64,000 nt of DNA from a virus: IMG/VR virus record IMGVR_UViG_3300040960_001746; one strand, 5' to 3'. The notes beneath the pieces are model-generated. The model did not search any database. It had not been told where the DNA came from and saw only the letters and a list, made by a program, of their open reading frames with translations. Made by a program: the position numbers and the translations under genes. Positions 59,118-64,000 of the stretch are shown here, in pieces. Positions within the stretch are counted from its first letter, which is position 1. Each line of letters starts with the position of its first letter.

Positions 59118-60263
59118 ATGAAAAAAATAGGTATTACTTTAAATATAATTAATAGTTTATTCTCCAACGGGATAAACCAAAACGGAGTTTTTCTGTCAAG
59201 ACTATTAAAAAAGTGTGGTTATGATGTAGATATAATTTGTGGCAATGAGAGTACATTAGATAAAACTTCTTTGTTTGAAGACGATATCAATTTGATTACC
59301 TTAAAAAATTCTTATGATAATAAGTATGATTTATTAATACAACTAGGATTTACTATAGAGAAACGTTTTTTTGAAAAATGGAAAGAGAAAAATCCTGAAT
59401 TAAAAATGGTTGCATATGAATGTGGTAATAAGTTAATTGTTAATATGGAAAGAATATTATTTAATGGTGAAGATACTTCTAAAAACTTTCAAGATAGGGA
59501 GAATGATCAAATACCTGATCAGGTATGGTATGTACCACAACAAGAAAACACAAACCATAACTTTTTCCAATATTATAGTAAACAAGAAAAAGTTACGGTT
59601 GTACCTTTTGTTTGGGAACCTTTTCTAGTAGAAAAATTGTTTTCAGTTTCAGAAAAAAATGTTTACGAACCAAAAGAAATACGTAATTGTGGTGTTATGG
59701 AACCTAATATGTCTGTTATGAAAAACTCATTTTACCCTACCATCATTTTAGAGAAAAACCAAAAGACAAATCCTTTAGATCATATTTATCTTTTTGGTAC
59801 CGATAAAGTCAAAGACAAAAAACCTTTCATAGACTTCATTCTTTCAACAGAACTCTATAAAGATAAAAGATTGAGTGTGGAGAGTAGGTATAAGGTATCT
59901 AAAGTTTTAACAGAACACGCAGATTTTGTTCTTAGTTGGCAGTGGGAAAATAATTTAAATTATTTATGGTTAGAAATCGCTTGGATGGGTTACCCTATTG
60001 TTCACAATGGTTCTTTATGTAAAGACGTAGGTTACTATTACGATGGATTTGATGCGGACATGGCAGTCAAAAAAATAGGTGAGGTAATTTCTAAACATAA
60101 TGAAAATCACAAAATATATTTAGATAAAAACAGAGAGATAATAAAAAGATACACTAGTGAAAATGATGTTTTAGTAAAACAATACACAGAATTAATAAAT
60201 AATGTTTTAGAAAATAGATTTGAAAGGAAATCTTATAACTGGAAAGAAAATAAAATATATTAA
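59118..60263 (+). CDS. DUF2827-like putative GT-B glycosyltransferase, paralogue 1; start revised to 59118
   Basis: KIGIT..SLFSNGINQN, VPFVW.P, GVMEPN.SVMK, ADFVLSWQWENNLNYLWLEIAWMGYPIVHN..CKDVGYYY. Confidence 0.8.
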   Translation: MKKIGITLNIINSLFSNGINQNGVFLSRLLKKCGYDVDIICGNESTLDKTSLFEDDINLITLKNSYDNKYDLLIQLGFTIEKRFFEKWKEKNPELKMVAYECGNKLIVNMERILFNGEDTSKNFQDRENDQIPDQVWYVPQQENTNHNFFQYYSKQEKVTVVPFVWEPFLVEKLFSVSEKNVYEPKEIRNCGVMEPNMSVMKNSFYPTIILEKNQKTNPLDHIYLFGTDKVKDKKPFIDFILSTELYKDKRLSVESRYKVSKVLTEHADFVLSWQWENNLNYLWLEIAWMGYPIVHNGSLCKDVGYYYDGFDADMAVKKIGEVISKHNENHKIYLDKNREIIKRYTSENDVLVKQYTELINNVLENRFERKSYNWKENKIY

Positions 60264-60265
60264 AA

Positions 60266-61453
60266 ATGGAAAATTTAAAAATAGGTATAACATTAGCATT
60301 ATCATCTAATAATGAGTCTATATGGACAAATGGGATTAAACAGAATGTATTAATGTTAGCACATTTATTGAAAAATTCTGATAAAAATTATGAAGTATGT
60401 ATTTTAAATATATTTGATGTCGATTTTACTGAAAAACCATCTTACTTAAAAGATTTAGATATACACTTCTTCAATGACAAATTTATGGAAATGGATTTGA
60501 TTATTTTAATGGGTGCACAAGTTCAGGAGTCACAGTTAAAAAAGTTTAGAGAAAATGATGACAAAAAAGTAGTATCTTATAAATGTGGTAACAATTATGT
60601 TATTGCTATGGAAGAAATCATATTTAAAGGTAGTGAAGATGGTGGTGTTTATGAGCAAGAAATAGATGAGTTGTGGTATATTCCACAACAAGATGAAGTA
60701 AACAAAGGATTTTACCCTATTCTTCATAAAACTAATTCAATAATAGTTCCTTTTATTTGGCATCAAAAATTTATACAAGAAAGTATTGTTAATATCCATA
60801 ATGGTTTTATAAAAGGTAGTTATAAAAAAGATTGGATGTATGATAACAAAAAGGAGAAAAAAATTATTGGTGTTATGGAACCAAACATCAACATAGTTAA
60901 ATTTGGTTTATTACCTGCGATGTTAGTTGAAGAGTGTTATAGGGGTGAGGTTGGTAAAAAATATATAGAGGACTTAAGAATAACTAATACTCAAAAAATA
61001 AAAGATAATAAAAAATTTATTTCGTTTATAAAAACATTTGATTTATTTAAAGATAAAAAATTATCCGCAGAAAGTAGGTACCAAACGGCATTTATTTTAA
61101 CTCAGTACTTAGACGTGGTTGTTTCACACCAAATATTAAACCCACTTAATTATCTTTATTTAGATGTTGCCTATATGGGATATCCGATACTACATAATGC
61201 TGAATTATGTAAAGATTTAGGTTATTATTATGAGGGATCAGATTTACTTAAAGGCTCTAAAGTTTTAGAGGACATATTATTAAATCATGATAAAAATATT
61301 AATGAATATAATGAAAGAAATAACATAGTTTTAAATAGATATCATGCCGATAATAAAGAATTGATTAGTAATTATGATATGTTAATTAAAAATCTATGGG
61401 AAAAAGGTAATAACCATTTAATATATAACCCCAAAACGAATTTATTACAATAG
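60266..61453 (+). CDS. DUF2827-like putative GT-B glycosyltransferase, paralogue 2
   Basis: KIGIT..SIWTNGIKQN, YKCGN, VPFIW, GVMEPN.NIVK, DVVVSHQILNPLNYLYLDVAYMGYPILHN..CKDLGYYY. Confidence 0.8.
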   Translation: MENLKIGITLALSSNNESIWTNGIKQNVLMLAHLLKNSDKNYEVCILNIFDVDFTEKPSYLKDLDIHFFNDKFMEMDLIILMGAQVQESQLKKFRENDDKKVVSYKCGNNYVIAMEEIIFKGSEDGGVYEQEIDELWYIPQQDEVNKGFYPILHKTNSIIVPFIWHQKFIQESIVNIHNGFIKGSYKKDWMYDNKKEKKIIGVMEPNINIVKFGLLPAMLVEECYRGEVGKKYIEDLRITNTQKIKDNKKFISFIKTFDLFKDKKLSAESRYQTAFILTQYLDVVVSHQILNPLNYLYLDVAYMGYPILHNAELCKDLGYYYEGSDLLKGSKVLEDILLNHDKNINEYNERNNIVLNRYHADNKELISNYDMLIKNLWEKGNNHLIYNPKTNLLQ

Positions 61454-61473
61454 TAATAAATTATCGAAAAAGG

Positions 61474-61501
61474 GAAAGGGGGTCATTTACCCCCTTTCTT
61501 T
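61474..61501. terminator. Terminator between convergent GT operon and fibre gene (possibly bidirectional)
   Basis: GAAAGGGGGT-cattt-ACCCCCTTTC perfect 10-bp stem. Confidence 0.85.
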
Positions 61502-61547
61502 GTTATCACAATAAAGTGATTAAACAGTAGTACTAACTAACTCTATC

Positions 61548-63626
61548 TTAGAAAGATGGATTAGTTACTGTACCGTCAACACCATAGAACTCAACTCTAC
61601 TACCATTTGCTGGTCTTCGAACAAAAGTGTAGGTTCCGTTTGAGTGACTATAATCTTCACCTTCTCTTTGTTTTAGACCATTAAGGAATAACATGTGTGT
61701 ACCATAAAGTACGTCAGAGTCAAATTCTTTGTTAGTTCCGTCTGCAGTGTAGAATTCCATCTCACCTGGCATAACATTACCAACATAAGTAACAATCTGA
61801 TTGTCTTGACTATTAAGTGCAGTAAGAACTTCACTGAATGAATCAATAGAAGTTACATCAGTATTAGAGATGATGTCATCAACTCTACTATCTAAAGATG
61901 CGTCACCAGCTAATCTAGCGGATTCTTCTGTACTTAATCTAGTCTCTAATGAAGTATCTGCTGCAGCTCTAGCACTTTCTTCATCAGATACTCGAGAATC
62001 AATAGAAGTTACATCTCCATTAGTTGCTAAAATTTCCGCTGCTAATGCATTAGATAATACAGTGTCAACTGAATCCCTAGCACGTTCTTCCTCAGATATT
62101 CTTGTAGTCAATGAAGCGTTACTTCCTTGTGATCTACTTTCTTCTGCAGATATCCTACTATCAATAGATTCGTTAGCAGTATTGATATCTGTAGAGATTT
62201 TAGTTGCTAATGAAGCATCACCCGCAATTCTATCACTTTCTTCAGTAAATACTCGTGTATCGATAGAAGTTACGTCTGCGTTAGTTGCTGAGATTTCTGC
62301 GTTTAAGTTAAGAACTACAGATGCTACATCGTTATCATTTTCAGCATCAACTGCATTAATTAAAGATACGATTTCTGCAAATGAATCTTTATCTGCATCA
62401 GAAGCCAATAAAATCGCATCGATTTTATCTTCTTCTGTACTTAATCTAGTCTCTAATGAACTATCTGCCGCAGTTCTAGCACTTTCTTCAGTAGATACTC
62501 GTGTATCGATAGAAGTTACATCTGTATTAGTTGCTAAAATTTCCGCAGCTAATGCATTAGATAATACAGTGTCAACTGAAGCTCTAACAGATTCTTCTGC
62601 ATCAACTCGTGTATCGATAGAAGTTACATCTCCATTAGTTGCTAAAATTTCCGCTGCTAATGCATTAGATAATACAGTGTCAACTGAAGCTCTAGCACTT
62701 TCTTCAGTAGATAAATCACCCTCAACCGTAGACACACGAGAATCAATAGATGTGTTAGCAGTATTGATATCTGTAGAGATTTTAGTTGCTAATGAAGCAT
62801 CACCCGCAATTCTAGCACTTTCTTCAGTAGATAAATCACCCTCAACACCAGACACTCTAGTATCGATAGAAGTTACGTCACCCTCTAAATTAGTGATATC
62901 TGCATCAGTTGCTGCGATTTCCACAGACAAAGCGTCAGATAATACTGCATCCGCTGAAGCTCTTGCCACTAATTCAGTAGATAACGCAGCATCATTTGAT
63001 GTTTCATAATCCGATAAATCACCTTCAACACCAGATACTCTAGTATCGATAGAATTTACGTCTGAGTTAGTTGCTGAGATTTCTGCGTTTAGGTTTGAGA
63101 TTACATTCGCAACATCGTTATCATTTTCAGTATCTACTGCGTTAATTAAAGATACGATTTCTGCAAATGAATCTTTATCTGCATCAGCAGAGTCTAAGAT
63201 AGCGTCAATTCTGTCTTTCTCAGTATTGATTTTAGAGTTCAATGAACTATCTGCTGCAGCTCTAGCATCTTCTTCTTCACCAACTCGTGTATTGATAGAA
63301 GTTACGTCTGAGTTAGTTGCAGAAATTTCTGCAGCCAACCCATCCTCAACATCGTTCACACGTGTATTGATAGATGTGTTAGCAGTATTGATGTCTGTAG
63401 AGATTTTAGTCTCTAATGATTCATCACCCGCAATTCTAGCACTTTCTTCAGTACTGATGTCTGTAGCGATTTTAGTTTCTAATGAATCGTCTGCACTTGT
63501 TAATACCGATAAATCTGCAACCAATTCAGAAATATCAGATTTTGTTAAGCCTTCTGGATTTGTTATTAATGCGTTATCTAAAATCAAATCCGACTGATCA
63601 TTTAATACTATTTTAGTATTTGCCAT
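61548..63626 (-). CDS. Ser/Thr-rich repetitive coiled-coil fibre (whisker/head or tail fibre)
   Basis: Repeats STEESARIAGDASL, DVTSIDTRV, DKDSFAEIVSLINAVD x2; C-terminal LFLNGLKQREGEDY...TF...P..GS.V virion domain. Confidence 0.8.
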   Translation of the reverse strand: MANTKIVLNDQSDLILDNALITNPEGLTKSDISELVADLSVLTSADDSLETKIATDISTEESARIAGDESLETKISTDINTANTSINTRVNDVEDGLAAEISATNSDVTSINTRVGEEEDARAAADSSLNSKINTEKDRIDAILDSADADKDSFAEIVSLINAVDTENDNDVANVISNLNAEISATNSDVNSIDTRVSGVEGDLSDYETSNDAALSTELVARASADAVLSDALSVEIAATDADITNLEGDVTSIDTRVSGVEGDLSTEESARIAGDASLATKISTDINTANTSIDSRVSTVEGDLSTEESARASVDTVLSNALAAEILATNGDVTSIDTRVDAEESVRASVDTVLSNALAAEILATNTDVTSIDTRVSTEESARTAADSSLETRLSTEEDKIDAILLASDADKDSFAEIVSLINAVDAENDNDVASVVLNLNAEISATNADVTSIDTRVFTEESDRIAGDASLATKISTDINTANESIDSRISAEESRSQGSNASLTTRISEEERARDSVDTVLSNALAAEILATNGDVTSIDSRVSDEESARAAADTSLETRLSTEESARLAGDASLDSRVDDIISNTDVTSIDSFSEVLTALNSQDNQIVTYVGNVMPGEMEFYTADGTNKEFDSDVLYGTHMLFLNGLKQREGEDYSHSNGTYTFVRRPANGSRVEFYGVDGTVTNPSF
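61880..63490. repeat. Dispersed in-frame direct repeats within the fibre gene
   Basis: Blocks of 50-60 bp recur, e.g. ctccattagttgctaaaatttccgctgctaatgcattagataatacagtgtcaactgaa near 62015 and 62630. Confidence 0.85.
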
Positions 63627-63698
63627 AATTATTATGTTTTAAGTTTATTATTATGCTTTTTCGCATCAAAAAATCAAACATAGACTTTTTGTTTGGGT

Positions 63699-63831
63699 TA
63701 TAAATAGAAATATAAATAAGGTAATTAAAGATACCAAGAAATGGTATTCTTTTTTAATATAAATAGTTAATATAAATAGTTAATTTTAATATACATAAAG
63801 TAAACCTAAAAAGGTTACTTAAATATAAATA
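63699..63831 (-). promoter_or_regulatory. Cluster of five TATTTATA (late-motif) copies upstream of the fibre gene
   Basis: TATAAATA on + at 63699, 63711, 63758, 63771, 63824; includes 13-bp tandem TAATATAAATAGT x2. Confidence 0.6.
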
Positions 63832-63849
63832 TGTAGTTTTTTATGAAAG

Positions 63850-63999
63850 TTATAAATTATATAATAAATTTTTTAAATTCTTTATAGAATTTGTATATAA
63901 TAAGGGATCACAAGACGCCGATTCGGTTAAATACTGTGTAACCAAATTATCTAATTCAGTGTCTTTATCAAACTCAAAGATAACTTTATTTTTATTTTT
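63850..63999 (-). CDS. C-terminal part of a small protein (DUF5659-like), 5' end beyond window
   Basis: ...NKVIFEFDKDTELDNLVTQYLTESASCDPLLYTNSIKNLKNLLYNL*. Confidence 0.55.
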   Translation of the reverse strand, partial: KNKNKVIFEFDKDTELDNLVTQYLTESASCDPLLYTNSIKNLKNLLYNL

Positions 64000-64000
64000 G

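Noticed and set aside
61870-63597. Long plus-strand ORFs (379 aa, 123 aa) opposite the fibre gene
   Set aside because: Antisense shadows caused by the repetitive codon pattern; no promoter context or protein-like features
43259-63626. Diversity-generating retroelement acting on fibres
   Set aside because: No reverse transcriptase in the window and no repeat pair differing only at adenines was seen; one elsewhere in the genome cannot be excluded
1-64000. Stop-codon reassignment as in some large Bacteroidota phages
   Set aside because: Conserved genes are full length and densely packed under the standard code

Overview
AT-rich, densely coded 64-kb segment of a large contractile-tailed (T4-like/jumbo myovirus-type) bacteriophage genome, standard genetic code, mostly minus-strand. 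The host is probably in Bacteroidota: TTG-N19/20-TAnnTTTG promoters are present and Shine-Dalgarno sequences are generally absent. Contents: (i) baseplate genes (gp25, gp6, gp53/LysM, hub-like proteins), tape measure, tail-assembly chaperone with a probable +1/-2 frameshift extension, tail tube, sheath, gp13/gp14/gp15-like neck and terminator proteins, several fibres; (ii) replication genes (class II RNR NrdJ, DnaB-like helicase, 5'-3' exonuclease, RecA/UvsX, gp32-like SSB, family B polymerase, SNF2 helicase with a class 3 LAGLIDADG intein, glutaredoxin); (iii) three free-standing endonuclease genes around the tail tube gene; (iv) about eight unrelated proteins sharing a basic/(I/L)xE N-terminal leader, suggesting capsid-packaged cargo, including a pre-toxin-like membrane protein, a HAD phosphatase and a protein with a NusA-NTD-like segment; (v) an operon of a J-domain protein and two DUF2827/GT-B glycosyltransferase paralogues facing a Ser/Thr-rich repetitive fibre, a candidate virion-protein glycosylation system. 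A recurring ATATTTAT(A) element precedes most structural genes (putative late promoter). No tRNA, rRNA or CRISPR array was seen. All family calls are from motif recognition by eye, not database searches.
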